Under the pieces are notes generated by a model, which made no database searches, had not been told where the DNA came from, and saw nothing but the letters and a program-made list of their open reading frames with translations. Of a stretch of DNA of 64,000 nt, positions 31,148 through 41,169 are shown piece after piece. Made by a program: the position numbers and the translations under genes. Within the stretch, counting starts at the first letter, position 1. The number at the start of each line of letters is the position of its first letter. This stretch comes from Campylobacterales bacterium (GTDB lineage: Bacteria; Campylobacterota; Campylobacteria; Campylobacterales; Sulfurimonadaceae), in NCBI GenBank assembly GCA_038205935.1, contig JBBRBK010000003.1, forward strand, positions 37,742 to 101,741, written 5' to 3'.

Positions 31148-32172
31148 TAATTTCCTTCTACATTTTGCTCAAAGAGTTTGATCATCTCAGATGCGACATC
31201 TTTGTGCGAATTTTCTAAAAGTCTTTTGCTTTTACTGTGCAAAGGAGCATCTAAAACTGCCAATAGTTTTTCGCTCAAATTTTTACTCTCGCGCTCACAC
31301 CAACCAAGATCGTGTTTGAGTATAAACTGTGCATTATGAAACTGATGATCGCCAGCAGCGTGAGGATAGGGAACAAAAAAAGTCGGTACACCGTTTGCAC
31401 AAAGCTCCCAAAGCGTACTCGCACCCGCACGGCTCACGGCCAAATCAGCTCGAGCAATCAGTGATGCCACCTCTTTTGTAAATGAATACAGTTCTACTTC
31501 AATGCCTAGCTTTGCATATTCGGCTTTGACTCTTTCATAATCACGTTCACCACATTGATGAATGATATGAATATTTTTTTCTTTTAAAATCGGGCTTACA
31601 TGTAAGGCAAGATCGTTGATCGCTTTAGCGCCTTGAGAACCGCCAAGAAAGATGATTGTCTTTAACTCATCTCGTACTCTTGCTGTTTGAAAAAATTGCT
31701 CTTTTACTGGATAACCTTGAATCTCGCAGTCCTTTTCATACGCTGAGATAAAAAGTTTTGCACGTGAACGTAACACGGAATTGAGCTTTCCTATAACAGC
31801 ATTTTGCTCATGAATAAAAAGCGGGATTCCTGTAAAAATAGACGCAAAAGAAGCTGGTGCAGCGGAGAATCCACCAACGCTGATAACAGCTTGAATCTTA
31901 TGCTTTTTTAAAAGTTCGCGTGATTTTAAAAAAGCATTGAAGATTTTATAGAGTGCTTTTATTTTCCCTACTTTGCTTTGATTGACGACACCTGTTGTTT
32001 CTAAAAAATAAACATGAGAAAAACTGCTGTGCTCGCCAAACCACATTCTGTCTTGTCCATTTGTAGAACCTATAAATATCACTTCATGACCGCGCTCGAC
32101 TGCCGCAGTACAAAGTGCATCGGCGATGGAAAGATGTCCGCCTGTACCGCCGCCAGTGATACAAAATCTCAT
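31147..32172 (-). CDS. murG: Lipid II GlcNAc transferase MurG
   Basis: GGGTGGH, HEQN, GGSQGA, RAGAST. Confidence 0.96.
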   Translation of the reverse strand: MRFCITGGGTGGHLSIADALCTAAVERGHEVIFIGSTNGQDRMWFGEHSSFSHVYFLETTGVVNQSKVGKIKALYKIFNAFLKSRELLKKHKIQAVISVGGFSAAPASFASIFTGIPLFIHEQNAVIGKLNSVLRSRAKLFISAYEKDCEIQGYPVKEQFFQTARVRDELKTIIFLGGSQGAKAINDLALHVSPILKEKNIHIIHQCGERDYERVKAEYAKLGIEVELYSFTKEVASLIARADLAVSRAGASTLWELCANGVPTFFVPYPHAAGDHQFHNAQFILKHDLGWCERESKNLSEKLLAVLDAPLHSKSKRLLENSHKDVASEMIKLFEQNVEGN

Positions 32173-33371
32173 TCATCTACCCCTTTTTGAGGTATGTCTA
32201 TTCTTTTCTCATCCAAATCCACTTTTTTTGAAGCCATCAGTACCATTCCGACTCCTATTGCAGCAGCGATAATGGAAGAACCTCCATAACTTAAAAAAGG
32301 AACGGAAATCCCTTTAATCGGTGTAAGTCCACTGATACCATAAGCATTTATCAAAAATGCGAATGCCAAAAGAAGTGCGACACCAAGACTAAAAAGATAA
32401 TAGACAGAGTCTCTTGAACGGTTAGCGATCTTGAAAATACGCTGTAAAATCCCTAAAAAAAGAAGACTCACCACTGCCAAACCGATAAATCCAAGTTCTT
32501 CTGAGATGCCTGCTAAGATAAAATCCGTATGAACCTCACTTAAAAATCCCATCTTAAATGTTCCATCACCCAAACCTGTACCGAAGATGCCACCATTATG
32601 AATCGCATTGAGTGAGTGACCTATCTGGTATGGTTCAGTTGCTGATGGAACTCTTAAATGTGAAGCTACGGATTCTGGAAAGAGTTGTAAAATAGAGTTT
32701 TGTGCGATTGACCACCAAGATATGATACGCGAAATTCTATGTTCTGCCGTCATAATAAAAAAGACAAAGAAGCTAAGAGTACTAAAGAGTAAAATAGTGA
32801 AAAATTTCATACTACTTCCCGCAAAGATAAGCATAAATAAAAGTGTAAGCCCAAGTACGACAACTTGTCCTAAGTCGTTTTGTAAAAATGCGATAATAAA
32901 CATAACGGCAATAAAAACAATAGCATATGGAAAGAATCGTAAGAATTCTTCTTTTACGCCCATGCCTCCATGATGGCCAAGCTTTCTTGAAAAGCTCCAT
33001 GCTAAAAAGTAGACAAATCCGATCTTGAAAAACTCAACCGGCGCTAAAGAAAATCCCACGATTTTAATCCATCGCTTTGCACCACCGACCTCAGAAACAA
33101 GACTTGCCGGTAAAAATGGCATGATGATCATCAAAAACATGGAGATGACAAACAAACTCAGACCCAATCTATGTAGCCAAATATCGGGATCAAGTTGAGC
33201 CAAATACCACATGATAAAAATCGAAAGGATTCCAAAAAATGCCTGACGAAGGAGAAAGTGAAACTCACCAACATCGAAAAGGATCACTGTATATGATGTA
33301 AGCGAATAGGACATAAAAATGCCTATTACGATCATTACTGAAGTTAAAACGAAAAGTCTTCTATCTGCCAT
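32169..33371 (-). CDS. ftsW: SEDS peptidoglycan polymerase FtsW
   Basis: GAKRWI, EVHTDF, PFLSYGGSS; adjacent to murG. Confidence 0.92.
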   Translation of the reverse strand: MADRRLFVLTSVMIVIGIFMSYSLTSYTVILFDVGEFHFLLRQAFFGILSIFIMWYLAQLDPDIWLHRLGLSLFVISMFLMIIMPFLPASLVSEVGGAKRWIKIVGFSLAPVEFFKIGFVYFLAWSFSRKLGHHGGMGVKEEFLRFFPYAIVFIAVMFIIAFLQNDLGQVVVLGLTLLFMLIFAGSSMKFFTILLFSTLSFFVFFIMTAEHRISRIISWWSIAQNSILQLFPESVASHLRVPSATEPYQIGHSLNAIHNGGIFGTGLGDGTFKMGFLSEVHTDFILAGISEELGFIGLAVVSLLFLGILQRIFKIANRSRDSVYYLFSLGVALLLAFAFLINAYGISGLTPIKGISVPFLSYGGSSIIAAAIGVGMVLMASKKVDLDEKRIDIPQKGVDE

Positions 33372-33378
33372 GGATACT

Positions 33379-33891
33379 CTATCTTAGTTGATTTATTTTG
33401 AGCACGAATTCAACCTCGGCTTTTGAGAGGTGTAACTCTTTGGAAATAGTATCGATATCGATACCCTGTTTAAAAAGCGAAGTGATCTTGCCATCATCAT
33501 TGCCATGTACCGATGAGGGCATAGATATCTGACGGATACCGCCCTCAAGATTTGAAAGTCTGTTATCTACTGCAGATGCGAGATCAGAAAGGTTTTGTTC
33601 TGTCATGATGAGTTTTTTTGACAGCGGATTGATAAGATCATATACACTTCTCTCTATTTCCCCATATATCTCCTCATCATCCATGTCTCTATGCATATCT
33701 TTGGAAGTCGCACTATTTTGCATCTCATAAAGTTTTTTCTCTAACACATAAATCTGACGATTGACATCTTCAACCGCTGTTGCAATAGAACGTATATGTC
33801 TTGTGAGCTCTGCATCTTTTGTAAAAATGTAATACAAAATATAGAGCAAAACAGCTCCGATGGCGATAAAGATGATCTCTGTTGCTGTCAA
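33379..33891 (-). CDS. Hypothetical protein with TM anchor, coiled coil and C-terminal HTH-like tail
   Basis: ISKELHLSKAEVEFVLK tail; in operon. Confidence 0.65.
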   Translation of the reverse strand: MTATEIIFIAIGAVLLYILYYIFTKDAELTRHIRSIATAVEDVNRQIYVLEKKLYEMQNSATSKDMHRDMDDEEIYGEIERSVYDLINPLSKKLIMTEQNLSDLASAVDNRLSNLEGGIRQISMPSSVHGNDDGKITSLFKQGIDIDTISKELHLSKAEVEFVLKINQLR

Positions 33892-33904
33892 TTTTCACCC
33901 TCTT

Positions 33905-34765
33905 TCATGCAAATATTTTGTCTAAAATAATAAAAAAGAAGAAGACAATTCCAAGATAGCCATTGACTGTAAAAAAAGCTCTGTCAATTTTAGTGAAATC
34001 TTTTCTTACAAGATAATGTTCATAAGAGAGCATCAAAAAGCTAAAGACTACCGCTAATACAGCAAACAGCCCAAGTCCTGCGACTGCTACAAACAGAGTC
34101 CAAAAAAGTATGGTCAGAAAATGAAAGAAAGCAGATATTTTTAATGTTGCAGTTGCTCCATATTTTGATGGAATAGAAAAAAGACCATTCTTTTTATCAA
34201 AATCGATATCCTGCAAAGAGTACAAAAGATCAAATCCTGCCACCCAAAACATAACGCCAAGGCTCAGTAAAAGTGACCACGCAGGAATACTCGCCTGTAC
34301 TGCCACAACACCCGCAAGAGGTGCTAAACCAAGAGAGATACCAAGCACAAGATGTGCTCCCTCACTAAATCTTTTAAAATAAGAGTAACTTCCAAGAATA
34401 AATAAAATCGGAAACGAGAGGAAAAAAGCAATCCCGTTGATAATATACGCAACACCAATAAAAGCTAAAGCATTGACAGCAGTAAAAATAAAAATAGAGG
34501 TCGCATCCAGTCTACCATCGACACTCGGACGACTTGCAGTGCGAGGGTTTAAAGAATCAAACTCTCTATCTGCCCAGCGGTTAAGTCCCATCGCAAAGTT
34601 TCTTGCAGTCACAGCCGCCAAAGCTCCAAGGATTAAAAGTTTAAATCCAAACCAACCGTTTGCAGCTACAACCATAGCAATAAAGATAAAAGGCAGTGAG
34701 AAAATCGAGTGCTGAAACATCACGAGTTCGTTAAAATCTTTAAGTTTTTGTATATATCTTCGCAA
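33905..34765 (-). CDS. mqnP: UbiA-family prenyltransferase (futalosine pathway MqnP)
   Basis: NRWADREFD..NPRT, GFDLLYSLQD..FD. Confidence 0.85.
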   Translation of the reverse strand: MRRYIQKLKDFNELVMFQHSIFSLPFIFIAMVVAANGWFGFKLLILGALAAVTARNFAMGLNRWADREFDSLNPRTASRPSVDGRLDATSIFIFTAVNALAFIGVAYIINGIAFFLSFPILFILGSYSYFKRFSEGAHLVLGISLGLAPLAGVVAVQASIPAWSLLLSLGVMFWVAGFDLLYSLQDIDFDKKNGLFSIPSKYGATATLKISAFFHFLTILFWTLFVAVAGLGLFAVLAVVFSFLMLSYEHYLVRKDFTKIDRAFFTVNGYLGIVFFFFIILDKIFA

Positions 34766-34833
34766 TAAATATCCAATAAAATTCTATTTCTCTTATTTTA
34801 GCAAAATAACCTTTTAACTGATATAATTTTGTT

Positions 34834-35724
34834 ATGAAACAACTTGCTATTATCGGTCCGACCGCATCTGGAAAAAGTGATCTCGCACTTAAAATCGCCG
34901 AGAAATATAACGCATATATACTCTCCATAGATTCGCTTAGTATCTATAAAGAGATCAATATTGCATCTGCAAAACCCTCTCATGAAGAACTCTTACATGT
35001 AAAGCATTTTGGCATTAATGAGATCACTCCAGATGAAAGTTTTAGCGTAGAGATATTTATTGATATCTATAAAAATGCAAAAAAAATAGCTGAAGATGCA
35101 GGTAAAAATCTCGTTATCGTTGGAGGAAGTACTTTTTATCTCAAATCCCTGCTTCAAGGTCTTTCAGAGATACCAAAAATCAGTGAAGAAGTAAAAGCAG
35201 AAGTGGATAAGATGCTCTTACATGTAAGCGACTGTCATGCGCTTCTTCATAATATCGATAGTGAATATATGAAAAATATAGATTCTAATGATCGATATAG
35301 AATAGAAAAAATGCTGTTAATTTACAAAGCTTCAGGGCTTTCTCCATCTGAGTGGTTTGCTTCGCATCCTCCAAAACCTGTTATAAAGAATTTAGATATT
35401 TATAATATTGATGTTAGTAGAGAGATTCTTAGAGAGCGAATAGATAAAAGATCTCAGAAAATTGTGCAAATGGGGATTATTGATGAAGTGGCTTTCTTGG
35501 AACATAAATATACGCGAGAACCAAACAGTATGAAATCGATCGGGATCTTAGAGGTTTTAGAGTATCTTGATGGATATGTCAATAAAGAGAAGATGCTTGA
35601 AAATATCTCAATGCACACAGCGCAGTTGGCAAAAAGGCAACAGACTTTTAACCGTACTCAGTTTAAAGATGTTATCTCCGCCCCGCTTGAAGAGCTTGAG
35701 ATGATGATAAGTTCTAAGTTTTAG
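34834..35724 (+). CDS. miaA: tRNA dimethylallyltransferase
   Basis: GPTASGKS, SAKP, GGSTFY, AKRQ. Confidence 0.95.
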   Translation: MKQLAIIGPTASGKSDLALKIAEKYNAYILSIDSLSIYKEINIASAKPSHEELLHVKHFGINEITPDESFSVEIFIDIYKNAKKIAEDAGKNLVIVGGSTFYLKSLLQGLSEIPKISEEVKAEVDKMLLHVSDCHALLHNIDSEYMKNIDSNDRYRIEKMLLIYKASGLSPSEWFASHPPKPVIKNLDIYNIDVSREILRERIDKRSQKIVQMGIIDEVAFLEHKYTREPNSMKSIGILEVLEYLDGYVNKEKMLENISMHTAQLAKRQQTFNRTQFKDVISAPLEELEMMISSKF

Positions 35725-38078
35725 AGTTTCATCGCATCAGCGGCTAGTTTTGCCCATGGAGATTCTTTAGATGCCTCTACAGATTTTTTAAACTGCGCTT
35801 TTGCCTCACTGTTTTTCCCTTTTTTCTGTAACAACGATCCAAGAAGATATTTTTGTCTTGCTCTCTGTTCTTTACTTAAGGCTCTTTTGTCAAGAGAATA
35901 AAGAATATCTAATGCTTTTGTACTATTACCTTTATTCATATATGCCTGATAAGTCGCAAACTCAGCATAAGGTGACTGCGTATAGGTAGATGTTTTTCTT
36001 TGAAGATTCATCACCTTCTCGCCATAAGTTATGATGATATTATCATCTTTCATACGAGCTCCAAGTCCCATCATCTGCGTATATCGTTCAATATCTTTAA
36101 AGTTCTCTCCAAAAGCATCCACAACTTTTGTCATCATAGAGATCATTTTATTGTCATCATTCACTCGCTGATATGCATCAAAGAGTGTTCTATAAATATC
36201 TATATAAGGACTTTTTTTATCTTTGCCAATAAGCGTAATTACATCATTACCCATTTTAATGGCATTGTTATAATCTCCTGTTTGAAAATTCACATGGGCA
36301 TATCGATACATCCATTTGATTCGTTGAGTCAATATCTTAGTGTTAATATTTGCTGCAGCCATATTTTTTGCCAAGGTTAGCTGTGGTATCTTCATATAAC
36401 AGTTATAGAGGTCATCATCAAAGTCGCTTGCAAGTTTTATGTTGTATTCACTCGATATACTCACAACCTCACTACACTTGCCCTCTTTGAGCTTGGATTT
36501 GATGAGTGCGCTCGCAGATTGATTGATCATATCATCCACATTTGGATATATTTTTTTATCAAGTGCTTTTAATGGTGTTTTGAGCGCTAGCACCTCAGTA
36601 TATTTTTGTCCTTGCAGTAACAATTGTGCTTTTTTATAAAGCGCTTTTTGCCCTATAGAATCATTCTTATAGTTTTGAATTAACTTATCATAATTTGCTA
36701 AATTGGCACTTATATTTCCATCATTCACATCAAAAAATAAAGAATCTTTGGTCGTCTTTACTTCATCTATAAAGGTTCCATGAGGAAACTCTTTGATATA
36801 TCTGTTGAGCAACTTCATTGCCTCAGCCTTCTCTGCTGTTTTTGCAAGCCACACACCGCTATTTTTAAGAAGTTGTTCGTAATTTGCATCTTTTTTCGTA
36901 ACTGGGGCTAAGAGAATCTGCGATATTTTCGATGCTTCTAAGAACATCCCTTTCTCGGCAAGTGCTGATGCAAATTTTAATGAATCATCCGTATCTTTTA
37001 GAAAGTATGCAGGATCTGCTTGAAGTATCTTATCAACATAATTCTGTGCTTTTTTTGCAGATGTTCCATTGAGATAGTAATTGGCTATTTTTTGGGATGC
37101 GGTTGCTGCTGTATCTATATCATTTGTCTCATTCAAAGCCCTTTGATAATATTCTATACCCTTTTTAGAATCGCCTGCTTCTAAGAGCTGATCTCCTTTA
37201 TAGATCAACCCTTTTTTTGAAAATACAGAATCACTATGTTCAGAAAAAAGTCTGTCATAAAAATAATCGGCGTCACTCTTTTGATGTTGTTGACTATATC
37301 CCATCGCTGTCAGTGAAAGAACTTCGGGAACATTTTCATCTGATGCATAACTACGCAAGTATACTTTTGAAAGAGCAGTAACTTCATCATATTTTTTTAG
37401 TTTTGAAAGGGCTTTAATCTTGTAATAGAGCAGTTCACTCATAAAGATAGAATCCGGGAAGGATTTTACAATCTCATCTATTGCTTGAACAGTTGCAGCA
37501 TAATCTTTGCTCTCAAAACTTTTTTTAGCTTTTAAATATCCGCTGACGTCGCCAGCTTGTCTTATATGTACAGGCTTGCCAGCAATATCTAAACTTCCGA
37601 CATAAAGTGGCTCATATTTTGGAAATGTAACAGGGAGATTCAAGTTTTTTTCTGAACTTTTTTTATCTGCTAAAAGTGTAAATTTTTCTTTGTAACCTAT
37701 CATAACCCACGATTTGGACAAGCGCACTTTTGACTGAAAAAATGTATCCTCGCTTGCAACATTTACAACATCGGGGAGAAGTTTCATTTTATGAACAGGT
37801 GTTATTATAAGAAAAAAAGTTCCCTTCTTCACCTCACTAATAACCTTAAAAAAATCATCATTCAGTGGCTTTAAGGACTGATCAGGCTTTTTTGAAAAAG
37901 CACAAATAACTTTTGTAATATTATTAAAATCATCAACTTGTGGTTCACAGATGAAAGGAGAACTTGCTTTTACATGTAAGAGAGTATATTTACTGAAGTT
38001 CTCTTTGCCAGCTTGAAAACTAATTTCAAGGGCATTAAGATATAAAGGTGTAAGAAAGAGCAGCAACCATTTTAACAC
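35721..38078 (-). CDS. pflA: TPR-rich periplasmic protein, probable paralysed-flagellum protein PflA
   Basis: 785 aa; signal peptide, beta-rich N-terminus, TPRs; directly downstream of nuoN as in Campylobacter. Confidence 0.7.
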   Translation of the reverse strand: MLKWLLLFLTPLYLNALEISFQAGKENFSKYTLLHVKASSPFICEPQVDDFNNITKVICAFSKKPDQSLKPLNDDFFKVISEVKKGTFFLIITPVHKMKLLPDVVNVASEDTFFQSKVRLSKSWVMIGYKEKFTLLADKKSSEKNLNLPVTFPKYEPLYVGSLDIAGKPVHIRQAGDVSGYLKAKKSFESKDYAATVQAIDEIVKSFPDSIFMSELLYYKIKALSKLKKYDEVTALSKVYLRSYASDENVPEVLSLTAMGYSQQHQKSDADYFYDRLFSEHSDSVFSKKGLIYKGDQLLEAGDSKKGIEYYQRALNETNDIDTAATASQKIANYYLNGTSAKKAQNYVDKILQADPAYFLKDTDDSLKFASALAEKGMFLEASKISQILLAPVTKKDANYEQLLKNSGVWLAKTAEKAEAMKLLNRYIKEFPHGTFIDEVKTTKDSLFFDVNDGNISANLANYDKLIQNYKNDSIGQKALYKKAQLLLQGQKYTEVLALKTPLKALDKKIYPNVDDMINQSASALIKSKLKEGKCSEVVSISSEYNIKLASDFDDDLYNCYMKIPQLTLAKNMAAANINTKILTQRIKWMYRYAHVNFQTGDYNNAIKMGNDVITLIGKDKKSPYIDIYRTLFDAYQRVNDDNKMISMMTKVVDAFGENFKDIERYTQMMGLGARMKDDNIIITYGEKVMNLQRKTSTYTQSPYAEFATYQAYMNKGNSTKALDILYSLDKRALSKEQRARQKYLLGSLLQKKGKNSEAKAQFKKSVEASKESPWAKLAADAMKL

Positions 38079-38107
38079 TATATTACTACTCCCTTTTATT
38101 CTAACTA

Positions 38108-39616
38108 TTAATATCCGCTATTATATACAAATGCCGTAATAAACTCAATCAACGAATTTAGAACAACTGAAGCAAACACAGTACCAATGACCGCGATACC
38201 TATAATAGTGCGTAGAGCAACAGAACTATTCATTGTATACACTTTATTGTCAATATCTATTTCAGGTTCTTTCATAAACATATAGATGATGAGTTTTAAA
38301 TAATAATACGCTGCAATCGCAGAGTTGAGTGCCATAATCAATGCTAAAATAATATATCCAGAAGAAACGGCTGCAGAGATCATATAAATTTTACCCCAAA
38401 AGAGTGCAAATGGTGGCAACCCTGCAAGACTTAACATAAATAGAGCCATAATTGTTGCAGAGATAGGCGCCACTTTAATAAGACCCGCAAATTTATTATA
38501 TGAATGATCTGAACTTTGTCCTGCTGCTAAATTTTTCTGACGTGAAATCCAAAGCATACTAAATGCTCCAAGATTTGTAAATGTAAACAAAATCCAGTAT
38601 AAAAAGAGTGCTGAGTTCGCTTGAGTAGTACCAATCAAAACAGCTGCCATAACAAAACCTGCATGAGAGATAGAACTATATGCAAGCATACGTTTTACAT
38701 CGCTTTGAACAAGTGCCCAGATATTTGCAGCTGTCATTGTCACAACAACAATCACATAAAGCACGACGTTGAGCCATACTACACCACTATGAATTAAGAA
38801 TTCAAATAGTCGCATAATTACAACAAACCCAGCTATCTTTGGTACGATAGACATATAGCCTGCCATTGATGCACTTGCGCCCTCGTAAACATCAGGTGCC
38901 CAAGTGTGAAATGGAACAAGAGAAACTTTAAAGCCTAAAGCTGCAAGTAAAAATACAACACCAACTAAAATAAATGGAAGATTTGCAAACTCATCTGCAT
39001 TAAATACAGCAGCCATCTGATGAATCTCTACAGAACCAGTAAGTGCATATAACACCATAGATCCAAAAGCAAAGAAACCAGCAGCTAAAGCACCCATTGT
39101 AAAGTACTTTACAGCTGCTTCAAAAGATTTACTTCTGTTATGAAGAGCGATGAGCGTATAAAGCGCCAACGAAGCCATTTCAAGCCCAATGAAAATAAGA
39201 ATAAGATTATCTGTCGCAACCATAAACTGAAAACCAGAAATCATAAACAAGAAAAGCGCAAAAAATTCAGGATATGAAAATTCATGGAAACGTTTTGACG
39301 TAAGCGCAAGCGGTATAAACAAGATAGAAGCGCCAACAATAATAAACTGCCCCAGAAGTGCTAATCCATCAATAAGCATCATATCAAAATAACCGAGAAT
39401 AGTTCCATTCGTAGAAAAATCGATAGAAAAATCTATCAATGACCCAAAGTCAAGCATGACAAATAATAAACTGAGCATAACATACATAGATTTGCTCTGA
39501 TCTTTTTTAAACAGATCCAAGACTAGGATAAAAAGTGCTCCTATGATAGGAATAAGCATAGGTACAAGCGTCGCGATATTGAGCGACTCTAAAGAAATAT
39601 TTACATGACTTAGCAT
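38108..39616 (-). CDS. nuoN: NADH-quinone oxidoreductase subunit N
   Basis: PFHTWAPDVYEG, KRMLAYSSISH. Confidence 0.96.
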   Translation of the reverse strand: MLSHVNISLESLNIATLVPMLIPIIGALFILVLDLFKKDQSKSMYVMLSLLFVMLDFGSLIDFSIDFSTNGTILGYFDMMLIDGLALLGQFIIVGASILFIPLALTSKRFHEFSYPEFFALFLFMISGFQFMVATDNLILIFIGLEMASLALYTLIALHNRSKSFEAAVKYFTMGALAAGFFAFGSMVLYALTGSVEIHQMAAVFNADEFANLPFILVGVVFLLAALGFKVSLVPFHTWAPDVYEGASASMAGYMSIVPKIAGFVVIMRLFEFLIHSGVVWLNVVLYVIVVVTMTAANIWALVQSDVKRMLAYSSISHAGFVMAAVLIGTTQANSALFLYWILFTFTNLGAFSMLWISRQKNLAAGQSSDHSYNKFAGLIKVAPISATIMALFMLSLAGLPPFALFWGKIYMISAAVSSGYIILALIMALNSAIAAYYYLKLIIYMFMKEPEIDIDNKVYTMNSSVALRTIIGIAVIGTVFASVVLNSLIEFITAFVYNSGY

Positions 39617-41166
39617 TATTTTACCTCCGCTTCTGGTGTTTGCATCGCAACTTTATTTTCAAGTGAAGGTATACGACTTTTACCCTCTGGTGTTATTGCT
39701 TTTTCGTGCATCAGCATAACAACTGATTTGACACTGTTATTGATCGGATCTAAAATTGGTTTTGGATAAATTCCAAGCCAAACAGCGATGATCGTTAAAG
39801 GGATGAGTGCCAATAACTCTCTTGAATTAATATCTGGAAGTTTTCTGTTTGCTTCATTTGTTACTTCGCCAAAAAACATCTTTTTAAATGAACTAAGCAT
39901 ATAGATCGCACCAACGATAATCGCTATTCCTGCTAAAAGTGTTGCGATATGTGATTGATTATAAAAACCAAGTAAACTCAAAAATTCTCCAACAAAGTTA
40001 ACAAGCAGAGGCAAGCCCACTGAAGCCATCATCATAATTCCAAATATAGTCGCATAGCGAGGCATCACTGAAGCCAAACCACCAAACTCACTCATCATTT
40101 TTGTATGACGTCTGTCATAGATGACACCAACAAGAAAGAAGAGCGCACCTGAAACGATACCGTGACCGATCATTAAAAATACAGAACCTGTGATTCCCTC
40201 AACATTTAGAGCAAATGTACCAAGGATGATAACACCCATATGTGAAATAGAAGAATATGCAACAACTTGTTTGATATCTTCTTGAGCATATGCAACCATT
40301 GCTGTATAGATAATCATAATGATCGCAATCCCAGCAATCGGAAACATAAAAAATGCTGCAGCATCAGGGAACATCGGAAGCGAAAAACGGATAAATGCGT
40401 ATGTACCCATTTTAAGAAGGACCGCTGCAAGGATTACAGAACCAATAGTTGGTGCTTGACCGTGTGCATATGGTAACCAAGTGTGAAATGGAAACATAGG
40501 AACTTTGATCGCAAAACCGATAAAAAATGCTGCAAATAACCACAACTGATAGTTTAAAGGAAGTATCAAACGATACCACTCTAAAATTGAAAAACTCCAA
40601 ACACCAGTTGCTTGGTTGTATAAAAATGCCATAAAAAGCATACCAACAAGCATAACAAGTGAACCTGTAAATGTATATAAGAAAAACTTTACAGAAGCAT
40701 ATATACGTAATGGTCCACCCCAAGCACCGATAATATAGAGCATCGGAACTAGAGAAAGTTCCCAAAACACATAAAACAAGATAGCATCAAGAGCAGCAAA
40801 TACTCCAACCATCGTCATTTGTAAAAAGAGAAGAGTGATAACTAAGTTCTTTATCTTTTTCATATCACCAAGAGAAGCGATACCAATCATCGTAAAGAAT
40901 GAAGCCATAATGATGATGAAAAGAGATATTCCATCTATGCCGACAAGGTAATTAATACCAAACGCCGGAACAACAGATATATTCTCCATAAACTGCATGC
41001 CAGAAACATTTGTATCAAATGCAAACCACAAATACAAAGAGATTACAAACTCTATAACAGCGACAGCAACGCCGAACGCTTTTGCACTATCTTTATGAAC
41101 AACAAAGCCCATAATAGCTGCAATAGCGGGAAAAAATATTAATAATGACAATATATGATCTAACAT
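39616..41166 (-). CDS. nuoM: NADH-quinone oxidoreductase subunit M
   Basis: FWE, PFHTWLPYAH, LLKMG. Confidence 0.96.
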   Translation of the reverse strand: MLDHILSLLIFFPAIAAIMGFVVHKDSAKAFGVAVAVIEFVISLYLWFAFDTNVSGMQFMENISVVPAFGINYLVGIDGISLFIIIMASFFTMIGIASLGDMKKIKNLVITLLFLQMTMVGVFAALDAILFYVFWELSLVPMLYIIGAWGGPLRIYASVKFFLYTFTGSLVMLVGMLFMAFLYNQATGVWSFSILEWYRLILPLNYQLWLFAAFFIGFAIKVPMFPFHTWLPYAHGQAPTIGSVILAAVLLKMGTYAFIRFSLPMFPDAAAFFMFPIAGIAIIMIIYTAMVAYAQEDIKQVVAYSSISHMGVIILGTFALNVEGITGSVFLMIGHGIVSGALFFLVGVIYDRRHTKMMSEFGGLASVMPRYATIFGIMMMASVGLPLLVNFVGEFLSLLGFYNQSHIATLLAGIAIIVGAIYMLSSFKKMFFGEVTNEANRKLPDINSRELLALIPLTIIAVWLGIYPKPILDPINNSVKSVVMLMHEKAITPEGKSRIPSLENKVAMQTPEAEVK

Positions 41167-41169
41167 CGA

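Noticed and set aside
31407..31425. CCCAAAGCGTACTCGCAC, resembling the reverse complement of the element
   Set aside because: It encodes the conserved MurG GASTLW motif and has no palindrome flanks.
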